DNA of 64,000 nt from Negativicutes bacterium (lineage in GTDB: Bacteria; Bacillota; Negativicutes; UBA1444): contig CAXXIN010000016.1 in the NCBI GenBank assembly GCA_963665275.2, positions 128,001-192,000 on the forward strand. The letters run 5' to 3'. This document shows, one piece after another, positions 49,924 to 61,538 of the stretch; position 1 is the stretch's first letter; the number at the start of each line of letters is the position of its first letter. The notes beneath the pieces are model-generated. The model saw nothing but the letters and a program-made list of their open reading frames with translations. It was not told the origin of the DNA and did not search any database. The position numbers and the translations under genes are program-made.

Positions 49924-50199
49924 TTGACGATGTCTATTATTGCCGCCTATGCGATTGGGATTTTGCTGATATTGCTCTTTGGCCGCCTTCTCGTCATTCC
50001 GATTACAATCGTTTTAAAATTGGTCTATAATGGCCTGATCGGCGGCCTGGTGCTATGGCTGGTGAATCTAGTCGGCGCCCAAATGGGGTTTGCGCTTCCC
50101 ATTACCGTGTGGACGGCTTTAGTGGTTGGCTTTTTGGGATTGCCCGGCGTTGGGCTGCTAATCGTGTATTACTTTTTTCTTGTTGGGAAAATAATTTAA
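49924..50199 (+). CDS. bofA: Pro-sigmaK processing inhibitor BofA family
   Basis: Hydrophobic ~90 aa with N...G..L..N and GFLGLPG; follows recR as in spore-forming Firmicutes. Confidence 0.8.
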   Translation: MTMSIIAAYAIGILLILLFGRLLVIPITIVLKLVYNGLIGGLVLWLVNLVGAQMGFALPITVWTALVVGFLGLPGVGLLIVYYFFLVGKII

Positions 50200-50301
50200 A
50201 GCCTACTTAAGTTAAACGCAAGGAGGGATCGGCTGGAAAATAAGAACGGCAGGAACCCAAAAAAGACCGAGGCTCGGAAACATAATGAAGGGGGAGAGGT
50301 A

Positions 50302-51498
50302 ATGCAGTTATCCTACAAGATTCTCATCGGCATGGTGCTGGGGGTTATCGCCGGGCTTGCCGCCGGGCCGTCCAGTGCTCCTTTGTTGAAAGTCTGGGTT
50401 GCTCCAGTAGGGACTTTATTCATCAACCTTATTAAAATGATCATTGTGCCGGTCGTTTTGGCATCACTGGTCGTCGGCGCGGCGGCGCTGGGCGACATCA
50501 AAAAGCTTGGGCGGGTTGGCGGAAAAATCATGACGTTTTACTTGCTGACAACTGCTTTTGCCGTTTCTTTCGGCCTGTTTCTAGGTGCGATCATGCAACC
50601 AGGCAAGGGTCTGGTTGTCCCAGCCGGCGCGAAGGTGGCGCCGAAAGCGGCGCCTGCCATTTCAGACGTCCTGGTCAATCTGGTGCCGACCAATGCGTTC
50701 CAGGCCATGGCGAACGCCGATATGCTCCAGGTGATCGTGTTTGCTCTTTTTATCGGGGTTGGCATTACCATGGTTGGGGAAAAGGCCAAACCGGTCGAGG
50801 CTTTCTTTGACGGGCTGGCAGAAGTGACCTACAAAATTATCGATGTGATCATGAGTCTGGCGCCGATTGGCGTCTTTGCCCTGATCATGCCGGTGGTCGC
50901 GGTCAACGGGCCCAAGGTGTTGTTGCCGTTGGCGACGGTTATTGCTGCGGTCTATCTCGGCTGTATCCTGCATATGGTTGTCGTTTATAGCGGGTCGGTA
51001 TCTTTGCTAGGCGGGATGAGTCCGGTCCGTTTTTTCAAGGGGATTTTCCCGGCGATGCTGGTGGCTTTCTCAACCTGCAGCAGCAACGCGACCCTTCCTG
51101 TAAACATGAAATGCACCCAGGAGAACTTGGGCGTGAATAAGGATATCGCGAGTTTTTGCCTGCCGCTTGGTGCAACTGTCAACATGGATGGAACCGCCAT
51201 TTATCAGGGTGTGTGCGCCTTGTTTGTTGCCCAGGTCTATGGCATTGATCTCAATATGGGCCAATATATCACGATTGTTCTGACCGGCACACTTGCGTCC
51301 ATCGGCACCGCCGGCGTTCCCGGCGCGGGGCTGATCATGCTCACGATGGTGCTGCAATCGGTTGGGTTGCCGCTTGAAGGCATCGCGCTGGTTGCCGGCA
51401 TTGACAGAGTATTGGACATGATCCGGACGACAGTCAACATCACTGGCGACGCCGCTGGCTGCGTCGTGGTCAACAAGAGCGAATCCGGGTATAACTGA
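50302..51498 (+). CDS. Dicarboxylate/amino acid:cation symporter (GltP/DAACS)
   Basis: AFSTCSSNATLP, GATVNMDGT, IDRVLDMIRTTVN. Confidence 0.93.
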   Translation: MQLSYKILIGMVLGVIAGLAAGPSSAPLLKVWVAPVGTLFINLIKMIIVPVVLASLVVGAAALGDIKKLGRVGGKIMTFYLLTTAFAVSFGLFLGAIMQPGKGLVVPAGAKVAPKAAPAISDVLVNLVPTNAFQAMANADMLQVIVFALFIGVGITMVGEKAKPVEAFFDGLAEVTYKIIDVIMSLAPIGVFALIMPVVAVNGPKVLLPLATVIAAVYLGCILHMVVVYSGSVSLLGGMSPVRFFKGIFPAMLVAFSTCSSNATLPVNMKCTQENLGVNKDIASFCLPLGATVNMDGTAIYQGVCALFVAQVYGIDLNMGQYITIVLTGTLASIGTAGVPGAGLIMLTMVLQSVGLPLEGIALVAGIDRVLDMIRTTVNITGDAAGCVVVNKSESGYN

Positions 51499-51574
51499 TC
51501 AGAATTTGGGATAGCGACTGCGAGGGAGCTCTGTGGCCTGATTTTGTCAGGGCACGGGGCTCCTTAATATGATT

Positions 51575-51601
51575 GCAGGAATTTAGGCGGATAGCGGGAA
51601 T
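51575..51601 (+). promoter_or_regulatory. sigma-H-like promoter
   Basis: GCAGGAATT...GGGAAT, i.e. AGGA-N17-GAAT. Confidence 0.55.
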
Positions 51602-51639
51602 TTATACAGCGATGGATTTCGTGCATTTGTACAGGAGGA

Positions 51640-52389
51640 GTGACATTGGGGAACGCAAAAATGGTGTTTGACCTTAAACATGTCAGCTTTCGCTATCGGC
51701 CGCATGAGCCGGCTTTACTCGATATCAACCTGGCCGTTACTGAAGGGGAGAAGATTGTCATCCTGGGACCTAATGGCGCAGGAAAGACAACCCTGGAAAA
51801 GATTTTGGGCGGAATTTTGGCAGCCGAAGGTCGGTTTACGGCTTTTGGCAAGCAACTGACGCTGCAGGATCTTCACAACAGGACTGAGAACGCAGCTTAT
51901 CGACGACGTGTAGGAGCAGTTTTCCAGAATATCGAGTTTCGGGTCGTTTGCGCTACCGTATTCGATGAGATTATGTTTGGCCCCCAACGACTTGGGTTGC
52001 CACGCGAAGAAGCACAGGCCCGGGTAGAGCAGGTGCTCGATTTTTGCAACATCAGACGGCTCGTCAATCGTTTGCCACAGAACATGAGCGGCGGCGAAAA
52101 AAAGATGGTGGCGATTGCTTCGATGCTGGCGGAAAATCCCGATGTCATGATTTTTGACGAACCCACTAATGACCTGGACCTCGAAAGCCAAAACTGGTTG
52201 GTCTCGGCTCTGAATCAACTCAATGCCGCAGGAAAAACGGTAATCACTGCGACACACAGCCTGGAAACGGCTCGGGAACTAGCGGACAGGGTCTGGATTA
52301 TCGGCGGTAACCACCGTTTGGTTGCCGATGGAGGTATCGAAGTGTTAAAAGACGCGGATATCTTGAATGAAGCTGGGATTTTGAGGTGA
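51640..52389 (+). CDS. ECF/CbiO-type ABC ATPase
   Basis: GPNGAGKTT, MSGGEKK, IFDEPT, ATH. Confidence 0.85.
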   Translation: MTLGNAKMVFDLKHVSFRYRPHEPALLDINLAVTEGEKIVILGPNGAGKTTLEKILGGILAAEGRFTAFGKQLTLQDLHNRTENAAYRRRVGAVFQNIEFRVVCATVFDEIMFGPQRLGLPREEAQARVEQVLDFCNIRRLVNRLPQNMSGGEKKMVAIASMLAENPDVMIFDEPTNDLDLESQNWLVSALNQLNAAGKTVITATHSLETARELADRVWIIGGNHRLVADGGIEVLKDADILNEAGILR

Positions 52390-52393
52390 AGTT

Positions 52394-53032
52394 GTGACAG
52401 ATTTTTGTGACCGACTGGCAGCGGCTCTGCGGTCGCAGGGCTGTATGATTGAGAATGAGAGTGATTATTTATCTTCGGCGGTGCTGGTTCCGTTGGTTCG
52501 GCATAATGGGAGGCTGGGAGTGCTGTTCGAGATCCGCTCGGCGTTGCTGAATTGGCAACCGGGAGATATCTGCTTTCCCGGAGGCAGGATTGAACTTGAC
52601 GACGCCGGGCCAGAGGCAGCTGCGCTCCGAGAGACACAAGAGGAACTGGGGCTGCCGGAAGAAGAAATTGACGTGCTTGGGCCGTTGAATTATATGGTGA
52701 GTCCCATAGGGGTTGCGGTGCATCCTTTCGCAGCCTATATCAAAGATTATGAACGGATCCGGCCGAATCATGGTGAGGTGGCGGAAGTCTTTGTGGCGCC
52801 GCTTGATTATCTATTGGCGACAGAACCCTTAACGGCCCATATGGAATTGGCGACCCGACCACTGCCGGATTTTCCGCTGAACTTGTTGGGAGACTCTTAT
52901 TCACGGGACTGGAAGCGCCGCACAACCTATCCGGTTTTGTTTTACCAGTACGATGGTCATGTAATTTGGGGATTGACTGCCCGCGTATTATGCGGATTTT
53001 TGAATGTTTGCCAAGCCCTGACTTTACGATAA
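52394..53032 (+). CDS. Nudix hydrolase, CoA pyrophosphatase-like
   Basis: PGDICFPGG...ALRETQEELG Nudix box; IWGLTA. Confidence 0.88.
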   Translation: MTDFCDRLAAALRSQGCMIENESDYLSSAVLVPLVRHNGRLGVLFEIRSALLNWQPGDICFPGGRIELDDAGPEAAALRETQEELGLPEEEIDVLGPLNYMVSPIGVAVHPFAAYIKDYERIRPNHGEVAEVFVAPLDYLLATEPLTAHMELATRPLPDFPLNLLGDSYSRDWKRRTTYPVLFYQYDGHVIWGLTARVLCGFLNVCQALTLR

Positions 53033-53070
53033 TTAAAGCGTGAGATAGTACGACGGAAGGAGCGAATGAA

Positions 53071-53283
53071 ATGGCGATGAAAAATGAATCTTATACAGTT
53101 GAAGGGATGAGTTGCAACCACTGTAAAATGGCTGTGGAAAATGAAGTGAAGGCTTTGCCGGGAATGTCCTCAGCCACGGTTGATCTTGCGGCGAAAACCT
53201 TGAAGGTCGAGTATGACGGCGACAAAACCACGCCTGCAGCGATTAAAGCCGCAGTGGAGGAAGCCGGGTTTACGGTCGTTTGA
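53071..53283 (+). CDS. copZ: Copper chaperone (HMA domain)
   Basis: GMSCNHC motif, EEAGF. Confidence 0.88.
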   Translation: MAMKNESYTVEGMSCNHCKMAVENEVKALPGMSSATVDLAAKTLKVEYDGDKTTPAAIKAAVEEAGFTVV

Positions 53284-53387
53284 TTCCTTGACGCTACAGG
53301 GTGGCTTTGTTATACTAAATCAATGCTTCCCGGGTGAGGGGGCTTGTTTGTGTATGTCTGACGAATTTTTAGAAATGAAGGTGCCCG

Positions 53388-54863
53388 ATGGCTGCGAAAC
53401 TTGAAGAAAAACTGATCGTACAGAGAAAGCGCCGCCGACGGAACACAATGATTGTTATTGGCGTGCTGACCCTTTTGGCCGTGGTTGCGGCCGCTGTTTC
53501 ATACCTTTGGTTCGGTGGGAAAATCGGCGCGCGCCGAGCGGTAGTGAATAAAAGTCCGGACACAGAACATTATATTGTGCCGCCCAATAAATTGAATATC
53601 ATGATCATGGGGGTTGATGAACGTCCGAGGGAAGATGATCCGGGCCGCTCGGACACACTGTTGGTCATGACGATCGATACGGAGAGCCGCGAAGCTTCCA
53701 TCGTTTCTGTGCCGCGTGATACACGGGTTCGCGTTAAAGGACTTGGGTGGGATAAGGTCAACCATGCGTTTTCGGTGGGCGGCGTTGCCTTGACGCGCCA
53801 GACGACTGAGAACTTCCTTGGTATCCCGATGGATTACTATGCCAAGATAAATTTGGAGAGCTTCGGCCGTATCGTCGATGCGATCGGCGGCGTGACTATC
53901 GACGTTGAAAAACGTATGAAGTATGAAGATACGTGGGATCATTATGTCATTGACCTGAACCCCGGGGTGCAGCGACTGGACGGCCGCACCGCGTTGCAGT
54001 ATGTTCGTTACCGGGATGAAGAGGGCGACATCGGCCGAATATCGCGGCAACAGAAGTTTATTAAAGCGGTCTTGGCGGAAGTAAGTTCGCCGGCCATCAT
54101 CTTAAAAGCACCCAGTATTATCCGTGAGGTTTTTGCCTCGTTGGACACGGATATGCCGATTGGGTTGATGATGGGATTGGCCCGCAAACTGAAGGATGGA
54201 CTCAGCGGCGGCTTCAAGCCTCACATGGTGGAAGGGTTGCCTTACTATATCGATGATATCAGCTACTGGGTGCCGGATATCATGAAAACCCGTCAAATGG
54301 TGGCGGAAATGCAAGGGGTTCCCTTCGACGGAAAGGTCAGGGCCGCAGCACAGAGAGCGGCGGATGAATACCGTCAGGGATTCCCGGCGAATGCTCATCT
54401 GGACGATGGGACTTATTATTCGGGGATGGATCAGGCCGGGAAAAAACCGGGGCCCAAAACACCTGTTGCCCCCACAACGAAACCTGTTGTCCCGGCAGCG
54501 AAAACCCAACCGCCGACGACTCCGGTCAAACCAGCGGTTACGCCGCCGGCTAAACCGACAGCTCCGACCAAGCCTACCAGTTCCTTGCCCTCGCGCATGG
54601 CTGCGGAGCTCGTTAACGCCAGCGGACAGGCGGAAGCCGGCAATATAATCGCCGGGATCATGCAAAGTCGCGGGTTTGAGGTGGTGGGGCTGGAAACGGC
54701 CGGAACCGCTGTCAGGACGACAGTGGTGACGTCTTATACCCAACATCCCTCGGTCATTTCCAAGTTGACGAATTTGCCTTTCCGTTATGTGTTGAATATT
54801 TCGGAAGATCCCTCACGTGAAATTCCTGTGCGGGTTCTGATTGGGCAAGATAATGGCGCCTGA
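53388..54863 (+). CDS. LCP (LytR-CpsA-Psr) family protein with Pro/Thr/Lys linker and LytR_C domain
   Basis: N-terminal TM; GRSDT, SVPRDT, RYR..GDIGRISRQ. Confidence 0.9.
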   Translation: MAAKLEEKLIVQRKRRRRNTMIVIGVLTLLAVVAAAVSYLWFGGKIGARRAVVNKSPDTEHYIVPPNKLNIMIMGVDERPREDDPGRSDTLLVMTIDTESREASIVSVPRDTRVRVKGLGWDKVNHAFSVGGVALTRQTTENFLGIPMDYYAKINLESFGRIVDAIGGVTIDVEKRMKYEDTWDHYVIDLNPGVQRLDGRTALQYVRYRDEEGDIGRISRQQKFIKAVLAEVSSPAIILKAPSIIREVFASLDTDMPIGLMMGLARKLKDGLSGGFKPHMVEGLPYYIDDISYWVPDIMKTRQMVAEMQGVPFDGKVRAAAQRAADEYRQGFPANAHLDDGTYYSGMDQAGKKPGPKTPVAPTTKPVVPAAKTQPPTTPVKPAVTPPAKPTAPTKPTSSLPSRMAAELVNASGQAEAGNIIAGIMQSRGFEVVGLETAGTAVRTTVVTSYTQHPSVISKLTNLPFRYVLNISEDPSREIPVRVLIGQDNGA

Positions 54864-54879
54864 CATTCAGAGTGGCGGC

Positions 54880-55524
54880 ATGCCCGACTACCCGGTGAAT
54901 CTAATCCTTGCTGGACGCCGCTGTTTGGTTGTCGGTGGCGGGAACGTAGCCGAACGCAAGGTTTTCACGTTATTGGAGTCGGGGGCAGCGGTGACGGTGA
55001 TCAGTCCTGAGTTATCACCTAACCTTGCAGTGTGGGCTTCGAATGGAAAATTGCTCCACTGCCCCAAGTCTTTTGAAAAAGGCGACGCTACTGGGTATAT
55101 GTTGGTGATGTGTGCGACGGATTCGCCCGCTGCCAATGAGCAAGCGGCTGCAGAAGCGAAACAGGCTGGTGCGTTGGTCAATGTTGCCGATACTCCGGCC
55201 CTGTGTGATTTTACATTGCCGGCCAGACTGCAACGGGGAAGTCTTTCGATCGCTGTTTCCACTGGTGGCCGGAGCCCAGCGCTGGCGAGAGAGCTGCGTA
55301 ATGAACTGGCCGAAAAATACGGACTGGAATATGGCGATTATTTGGAGCTGGCCGGCCGACTGCGCCGCGAATGGCAGGAAAGCTGCGCTTCCAGCGAAGA
55401 ACGTTGTCAGCGTTGGAACGAGGTAAAAGGGTTCGATCCGGAAGTGTTGGAATTGTTGCGACAAGGTCGGATGGAAGAAGCGGAGGTCAGATTCAGGCAT
55501 GGTATTGGCTGTTCTGGGACTTAA
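54880..55524 (+). CDS. sirC: Precorrin-2 dehydrogenase/sirohydrochlorin ferrochelatase (SirC/Met8-like); start uncertain (54853 or 54880)
   Basis: VVGGGNVAERK, VNVAD..LCDF..P, ST.GRSPALA. Confidence 0.85.
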   Translation: MPDYPVNLILAGRRCLVVGGGNVAERKVFTLLESGAAVTVISPELSPNLAVWASNGKLLHCPKSFEKGDATGYMLVMCATDSPAANEQAAAEAKQAGALVNVADTPALCDFTLPARLQRGSLSIAVSTGGRSPALARELRNELAEKYGLEYGDYLELAGRLRREWQESCASSEERCQRWNEVKGFDPEVLELLRQGRMEEAEVRFRHGIGCSGT

Positions 55525-56821
55525 TCATAAAACGGCTCCTGTTGAAGTTCGCGAATGTCTCGCCTGTCCCGAAGAATCGGTGAAGCAGGGCCTGCGGCGA
55601 CTGGAGGAGCACGAAGACATTTTGGAGTGCGTGGTTCTATCCACCTGCAACCGCACGGAGGTCTATGCGGTGTTGGAGGATGTGGACGACCCTTCTGCAG
55701 TTATGCTCGAATTTCTGGAGCGATTGGCGGGGCAGGTTCCTCAGGACATCTCACCCGAGCATCTGTTTTATTACAGCGGGGATGATTGTATCCAACATCT
55801 CTTTCGGGTGGCGGGAAGCATCGATTCCCTGATCATCGGCGAGGGCCAGATTCTCAGTCAGGTTAAAAAAGCCTATTCGGTCGCCAAGGATTGTGGCACT
55901 ACATCGACAGTTCTCAACACCCTATTTCATCGTGCAATTGCCGCCGGTAAAAAGATCCGCACGGAAACGCGCATTGCTTATAGCGCAGTATCAGTAAGTT
56001 ACGCCGCTGTTGAACTGGCCAAAAAACTGCTGGGCGATTTGTCGAATGCGAACGTGATGATCCTCGGAGCTGGTGAAATGAGCGAGTTAACCGCGCGTCA
56101 TCTAGTGGAGAACGGTGTCAAGACCGTCTTTGTTTCCAACAGGAACCATAGCCGGGCAGAAGATCTGGCCCAGAAGTTCCACGGTCAAGCTGTTCCATTC
56201 GAAAAGTTTATGAAATGGGCGGTGGATACCGACATCATCATCACCTCCACCGGCGCCCCCCATTATATCGTCCGATCCTGGGATGTGGCGCACATCATGC
56301 CGCAGCGGGCAGGGCGTCCGCTGATTTTCATCGATATTGCCGTGCCTCGCGATGTGGAGCCCGAAGTGGCGGCGATCGCCGGTGTGAGCCTCTACAATAT
56401 CGATAATCTTAACGCCGTCGTGGATTCCAACAAGCGAGAGCGACAGCGCGAGGCCCGCAAGGCGGAACGGATTCTGGAAGCTGAGGCCAAGGAGCTTACC
56501 GACCGCTTCCGTTATCTGTCCTATCAACCGGTTCTCAGCCAGATCAAGGACAAGGCCGAAACGATCAGGCAGCGGGAAATGAAGCGGGCGTTGGCGAAAT
56601 TGCCGGATTTGAGCCCGGAAGATCGACGGATCATGGAAAACATGTCCCGCATGCTGGTGAGGAAACTGCTGCGTGATCCGGTGCTTTGCACCAATGAGGC
56701 GGCAGCGCGCGGGGAAGAAGATTTCTGCGTCGCAGCACTGACGCAACTGTTTAAACTTAATGAACTGGGAGAATCAACACGCTGTGAAACAAAAAATCAT
56801 CATAGGTACGCGCGGCAGTAA
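55499..56821 (+). CDS. hemA: Glutamyl-tRNA reductase
   Basis: GLNHKTAPVEVRE, STCNRTE, GEGQILSQVK, GAGEM, DIAVPRD. Confidence 0.96.
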   Translation: MVLAVLGLNHKTAPVEVRECLACPEESVKQGLRRLEEHEDILECVVLSTCNRTEVYAVLEDVDDPSAVMLEFLERLAGQVPQDISPEHLFYYSGDDCIQHLFRVAGSIDSLIIGEGQILSQVKKAYSVAKDCGTTSTVLNTLFHRAIAAGKKIRTETRIAYSAVSVSYAAVELAKKLLGDLSNANVMILGAGEMSELTARHLVENGVKTVFVSNRNHSRAEDLAQKFHGQAVPFEKFMKWAVDTDIIITSTGAPHYIVRSWDVAHIMPQRAGRPLIFIDIAVPRDVEPEVAAIAGVSLYNIDNLNAVVDSNKRERQREARKAERILEAEAKELTDRFRYLSYQPVLSQIKDKAETIRQREMKRALAKLPDLSPEDRRIMENMSRMLVRKLLRDPVLCTNEAAARGEEDFCVAALTQLFKLNELGESTRCETKNHHRYARQ

Positions 56822-57704
56822 GCTGGCCCTTTGGCAGGCGGAACATGTAGCAGATATCCTCAGGACAATGAACCCTGACCTAGCTGTCGAACTCCAGCAT
56901 ATTGTCACCATTGGCGATAAGATTCTGGATGTACCGCTTGCTAAAATCGGCGGCAAAGGCTTGTTCACCAAAGAGTTGGAAACGGCAATGCTATCTGGAG
57001 AGATCGACCTGGCAGTTCACAGTCTCAAGGATATGCCGACGGAGCTGCCCCCGGGACTGATTTTGGCGGCGACCACTGTCCGAATGGACCCCCATGACGC
57101 TTTTGTCAGCCATAATTACTCCTGTCTGGCGGAATTGCCTCAGGGTGCGGTTGTTGGCACATCAAGTTTGCGGCGTGGGGCACAGCTGCTTCGGTTGCGA
57201 CCCGATCTGCAAATTGTCAGTTTGCGGGGAAATCTCAACACCCGTCTGCGCAAGCTGGACGAGGGCCAGTTCGATGCCATTGTGCTGGCGGCAGCCGGTC
57301 TGCATCGCCTCGGTATGGGAGACCGTATCGCCGCGGTGTTCTCGTCGGCTGAATGTCTGCCTGCCGTGGGACAAGGTGTTCTGGCAATCGAAACACGCGC
57401 AGATGATGTTGAAGTACGGTCGATGGTTGCTCGTCTGGACGATGCGGAAACTCGCACATGCGTCACTGCTGAGCGAAAGTTTCTGGCCGTGGTACAGGGC
57501 GGTTGTCAGGTGCCTGTTGGCGTATTCGGGCAGATGGAAAGTGGGCAACTGGTGTTGAGTGCAAGAATATTATCCTTGGATGGCGTGCGCTGTATCGAGG
57601 GAAAGATCGCTGGTATGCCGACAGAGGCAGCAGAATTGGGCGAAGCGCTCGCCGGGCAATTACTTGCTGCTGGTGGCAGGGAAATTCTGGCGGAGCTTGA
57701 ATAA
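56784..57704 (+). CDS. hemC: Hydroxymethylbilane synthase
   Basis: GTRGSKLALWQ, GGKGLFTKE, HSLKD, GTSSLRR, GGCQVPVG. Confidence 0.96.
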   Translation: MKQKIIIGTRGSKLALWQAEHVADILRTMNPDLAVELQHIVTIGDKILDVPLAKIGGKGLFTKELETAMLSGEIDLAVHSLKDMPTELPPGLILAATTVRMDPHDAFVSHNYSCLAELPQGAVVGTSSLRRGAQLLRLRPDLQIVSLRGNLNTRLRKLDEGQFDAIVLAAAGLHRLGMGDRIAAVFSSAECLPAVGQGVLAIETRADDVEVRSMVARLDDAETRTCVTAERKFLAVVQGGCQVPVGVFGQMESGQLVLSARILSLDGVRCIEGKIAGMPTEAAELGEALAGQLLAAGGREILAELE

Positions 57705-57717
57705 GGGAGCGAATACA

Positions 57718-59247
57718 TTGAAAAAAGGTACCGTTTGTTTGGCCGGAGCAGGGCCGGGAGATCCAGGGCTGGCCAGCGGCCGGGTTTTGGAATGTATCAG
57801 GCAGGCTGATACGATTGTCTACGATCGGTTGGTGTCGCCGCGCCTGATTGAAATGGCGCGACCTGATGCTGAGCTGATTTATGTCGGCAAGGCTTCCAGC
57901 CAGCATACTATGCGGCAGGAAGAAATCAATGCGCTGCTGGTGAAACTGGCCAAAGAAAATAAAGCTGTACTGCGCCTCAAGGGGGGCGATCCCTTCGTTT
58001 TTGGCCGGGGCGGCGAAGAGGCCATCGTTCTGAGAGAGAACGGAGTTGTTTTTGAAATTGCGCCGGGGATCACCTCGGCGATTGCTGTTGCCGCTTATGC
58101 GGGGATTCCGGTGACTCATCGGAGGATCGCAACCTCGTTTGCCGTGTTTACCGGGCATGAAGATCCGGAAAAAACAGAGTCAGGCCTGCAGTGGGATAAA
58201 CTTTCTCTGGCGACCGACACGCTGGTTTTTTTGATGGGCGTGGAGAATCTTTCTTATATCACGTCGCAGTTGATTGCCAACGGACGTTCCGCCGACACGC
58301 CCGCCGCCGTTATTCGCTGGGGGACGACACCGCAGCAGAAGACACTGGTTACAACTGTCGGTAGGGCTGTGGCTGACGTAGCGGCTCATAAATTCACACC
58401 CCCGGCGATTTTCATCGTGGGTGACGTTGTGAAGCTGCGTGAGGAATTGCGCTGGTTCGATACCCGTCCGCTGTTTGGCCGTAGAATTTTGGTGACCCGT
58501 GCACGTGAGCAGGCCAGTCGCCTGAGTGCAGGCCTGGAAGCGGCCGGTGCAGAGTGCGTCGAAGCGCCTGCCATCCGGATTGCCCCGCCGGAGAGTTACG
58601 CGCCGATAGATCAAGCAATCGCCGAAATGGCGCAGTATACTTGGATCGCGTTTACCAGCCCGAACGGCGTGGACGCTTTTTTCACCCGGTTGAATCTGGC
58701 AGGCAAAGACGCCCGCTATCTTTCCACGGTCAAAGTAGCTGCGATAGGTTCGGAAACTGCAGCAGCTCTGCTCCGCAGAGGAGTCGTTGCAGACGTTGTA
58801 CCGGCGGAGTTTCGGGCGGAAGCGGTCGTGGCGGCGCTGACTGGTCGCATCGGCCCACAGGACAGAATCCTGATTCCCCGGGCGGAACAGGCAAGGGAAG
58901 TGCTGCCGGAGGAATTAACCCGAATGGGTGCTGCCGTGGATGTGGTAACGGCTTATAGGACTGTTGCTGGCGGAGCCGACGGCGAGGCTGTCGCCAAAAT
59001 GATTGCCGATGGCGAGATTGATGTAGTGACCTTCACCAGTTCTTCGACCGTGACCAATTTGCTGAAGTTGCTTGGCGATGCGGGCCACGGCTTACTCTCT
59101 GGCGTAAAAATCGCATGTATCGGTCCGGTTACTGCCGATACCTGCCGCGAGCAGGGTCTGAAACCGGATATCATCGCATCTGAATATACGATCCAGGGTT
59201 TGACTGAAAGCATCATCAGCGAGTTGGGAGGGAACCTTCATGAGTGA
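57718..59247 (+). CDS. cobA: Uroporphyrinogen-III C-methyltransferase / uroporphyrinogen-III synthase fusion
   Basis: [25 protein letters not shown], then HemD motifs VTRA, FTSPNG, FTSSSTV. Confidence 0.93.
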   Translation: MKKGTVCLAGAGPGDPGLASGRVLECIRQADTIVYDRLVSPRLIEMARPDAELIYVGKASSQHTMRQEEINALLVKLAKENKAVLRLKGGDPFVFGRGGEEAIVLRENGVVFEIAPGITSAIAVAAYAGIPVTHRRIATSFAVFTGHEDPEKTESGLQWDKLSLATDTLVFLMGVENLSYITSQLIANGRSADTPAAVIRWGTTPQQKTLVTTVGRAVADVAAHKFTPPAIFIVGDVVKLREELRWFDTRPLFGRRILVTRAREQASRLSAGLEAAGAECVEAPAIRIAPPESYAPIDQAIAEMAQYTWIAFTSPNGVDAFFTRLNLAGKDARYLSTVKVAAIGSETAAALLRRGVVADVVPAEFRAEAVVAALTGRIGPQDRILIPRAEQAREVLPEELTRMGAAVDVVTAYRTVAGGADGEAVAKMIADGEIDVVTFTSSSTVTNLLKLLGDAGHGLLSGVKIACIGPVTADTCREQGLKPDIIASEYTIQGLTESIISELGGNLHE

Positions 59248-60208
59248 TATCGTCTACCGACCGCGCCGCCTGCGGGCATCTTCCGGCATCCGAAATATGG
59301 TGCGGGAAACGCAGTTGTCGGTCAATGATTTCGTATATCCAGTATTTGTAGTTCCGGGAATCAATATTCGTAAAGAGATTCCGACTCTGCCCGGTCAATA
59401 TCATCTGTCGGCGGACCAGGCGGTGGAGGCGGCGAAAGAAGCTGCGGCTCTCGGCATTCCAGCCGTACTGCTGTTCGGGCTGCCTGAGTACAAAGATGCC
59501 AAGGGGTCCAGCGCCTGGGACATGAAAAGCCCGGTGCAGCGGGCGATGACGTTGATCAAAAAAGCGTTGCCGGACCTGATCGTTATAGGGGATGTATGCC
59601 TGTGTGAATATACGGATCACGGACACTGCGGTCTGCTCAAAGGGCAGGAGGTCGACAACGATTCCACGCTGGATTTGTTGGCCCGCGTAGCTGTCAGCCA
59701 GGCGAAGGCCGGCGCCGATATGATCGCACCGTCGGACATGATGGACGGCCGGGTGGCCGCCATCCGTGAGGCCCTCGATTTAGCGGGTTTCGCAAACCAC
59801 TCAATCATGGCCTATTCGGCTAAATATGCTTCGGCATTTTACGGGCCGTTTCGGGAAGCGGCGGACTCGGCGCCGAAGTTCGGTGACCGCCGGGCCTATC
59901 AGATGGATCCGGCCAATGTGCGGGAAGCGCTGAAAGAAGTGGATTTGGACGTGTCGGAAGGCGCAGACATCATCATGGTCAAGCCCGCGCTGTCCTATCT
60001 GGACGTGATCAGCAAGGTTCGGGAGAACTTCGACCTGCCGGTCGCCGCCTACAATGTCAGTGGTGAGTACTCGATGGTCAAGGCTGCGGCTGCCAATGGC
60101 TGGATGGAAGAAAAACGGACGACACTTGAGATTCTCACCAGCATCAAACGAGCAGGCGCCGATATTATCATCACCTATCATGCGTTGGACGCAGCAAAAT
60201 GGTTATAA
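59240..60208 (+). CDS. hemB: Porphobilinogen synthase
   Basis: [33 protein letters not shown]. Confidence 0.97.
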   Translation: MSDIVYRPRRLRASSGIRNMVRETQLSVNDFVYPVFVVPGINIRKEIPTLPGQYHLSADQAVEAAKEAAALGIPAVLLFGLPEYKDAKGSSAWDMKSPVQRAMTLIKKALPDLIVIGDVCLCEYTDHGHCGLLKGQEVDNDSTLDLLARVAVSQAKAGADMIAPSDMMDGRVAAIREALDLAGFANHSIMAYSAKYASAFYGPFREAADSAPKFGDRRAYQMDPANVREALKEVDLDVSEGADIIMVKPALSYLDVISKVRENFDLPVAAYNVSGEYSMVKAAAANGWMEEKRTTLEILTSIKRAGADIIITYHALDAAKWL

Positions 60209-60224
60209 GCGGGAGGCGACAGAC

Positions 60225-61538
60225 TTGGCGCTGAATCAGGAAAAATCGGCGGCGGCATTTGCCGAAGCGAAACAGTTCATGCCCGGTGGCGTTAATAGTC
60301 CGGTCCGTTCCTTTCGAAGTGTCGGGGGCACGCCGCCCTTCATCGCCAGCGCGAAAGGCAGCCGGATCGTAGATATTGACGGCAATGAGTACATAGATTA
60401 TGTGGGCTCCTGGGGGCCTATGATTTTGGGACATGCGCATCCAAATGTTCTTGCAGCTCTGCACGATGCGTTGGAACGCGGAACGAGTTATGGTGCGCCA
60501 ACACTGCAGGAAACCGAACTGGCGAAGCTTGTCCGCCAGGCTGTGCCGGCTATGGAGCTCGTGCGAATGGTGAATTCCGGTACAGAGGCGACCATGAGCG
60601 CATTGCGCCTGGCCCGCGCCTTCACGAAACGCGATCGGATCGTTAAATTTGACGGCTGCTACCACGGCCATCACGATAGTCTGCTGGTCAAAGCCGGTTC
60701 GGGGGCAGCAACATTCGGCGTACCTGACAGCCCCGGAGTGCCGACGTCTGTGGCGCATACTACCTTGACGCTGCCGTTCAACGATGCTGCAGCGATGGAA
60801 AAACTTTTTGCCGAACAGGGAGATCTCATCGCAGCGGTCATCATCGAGCCTGTTCCCGGTAATATGGGGATGGTGCTGCCGCAGGCAGGCTATCTGGATA
60901 AAGTCCGGGAATTGACGGCCCATTACGGCATCCTGTTGATTTTTGATGAAGTGATGTCAGGCTTCCGCGTAGCGCTTGGCGGTGCACAGGAACGCTTTGG
61001 CATCAAGCCCGATCTGGTCTGCCTTGGCAAAATAATCGGCGGCGGGCTGCCGGTCGGCGCCTATGGCGGACGTCATGACATCATGAGCTGCATCTCGCCG
61101 GCGGGGCCGGTCTATCAGGCGGGGACCTTGTCAGGAAATCCACTGGCCATGACTGCGGGCATAGCAACGCTGACGGAAATTCTTCGTGATCAAAATTTCT
61201 ATGCGGCAATTGAAGCAAAAACAAACGCATTGTGCGACGGAATCGGCGAGGCGGCCAAAGCAGCTGGCGTCGCTATACAATCTCACCGCCTGGGAAGCAT
61301 GTTTGGAATGTTCTTCAATGACCGGCCGGTGACGGACTATGCCAGTGCGGCGACCTCGGATCAGGACGCGTTTCGGATCTGGTTTCATGCCATGCTGGAG
61401 CAGGGTGTATATCTGGCCCCCTCTCAGTTTGAGGCCGGATTCATGTCCGCTGCCCATAGCGAAGCCGATATCGCCCAAACGGTTGCGGCAGCCAAAGTGG
61501 CTTTCGCCGCCGTTGCAGCTGCGAGGGGCCAGAAATAG
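60225..61538 (+). CDS. hemL: Glutamate-1-semialdehyde 2,1-aminomutase
   Basis: [31 protein letters not shown]; TTG start after GGGAGG. Confidence 0.96.
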   Translation: MALNQEKSAAAFAEAKQFMPGGVNSPVRSFRSVGGTPPFIASAKGSRIVDIDGNEYIDYVGSWGPMILGHAHPNVLAALHDALERGTSYGAPTLQETELAKLVRQAVPAMELVRMVNSGTEATMSALRLARAFTKRDRIVKFDGCYHGHHDSLLVKAGSGAATFGVPDSPGVPTSVAHTTLTLPFNDAAAMEKLFAEQGDLIAAVIIEPVPGNMGMVLPQAGYLDKVRELTAHYGILLIFDEVMSGFRVALGGAQERFGIKPDLVCLGKIIGGGLPVGAYGGRHDIMSCISPAGPVYQAGTLSGNPLAMTAGIATLTEILRDQNFYAAIEAKTNALCDGIGEAAKAAGVAIQSHRLGSMFGMFFNDRPVTDYASAATSDQDAFRIWFHAMLEQGVYLAPSQFEAGFMSAAHSEADIAQTVAAAKVAFAAVAAARGQK

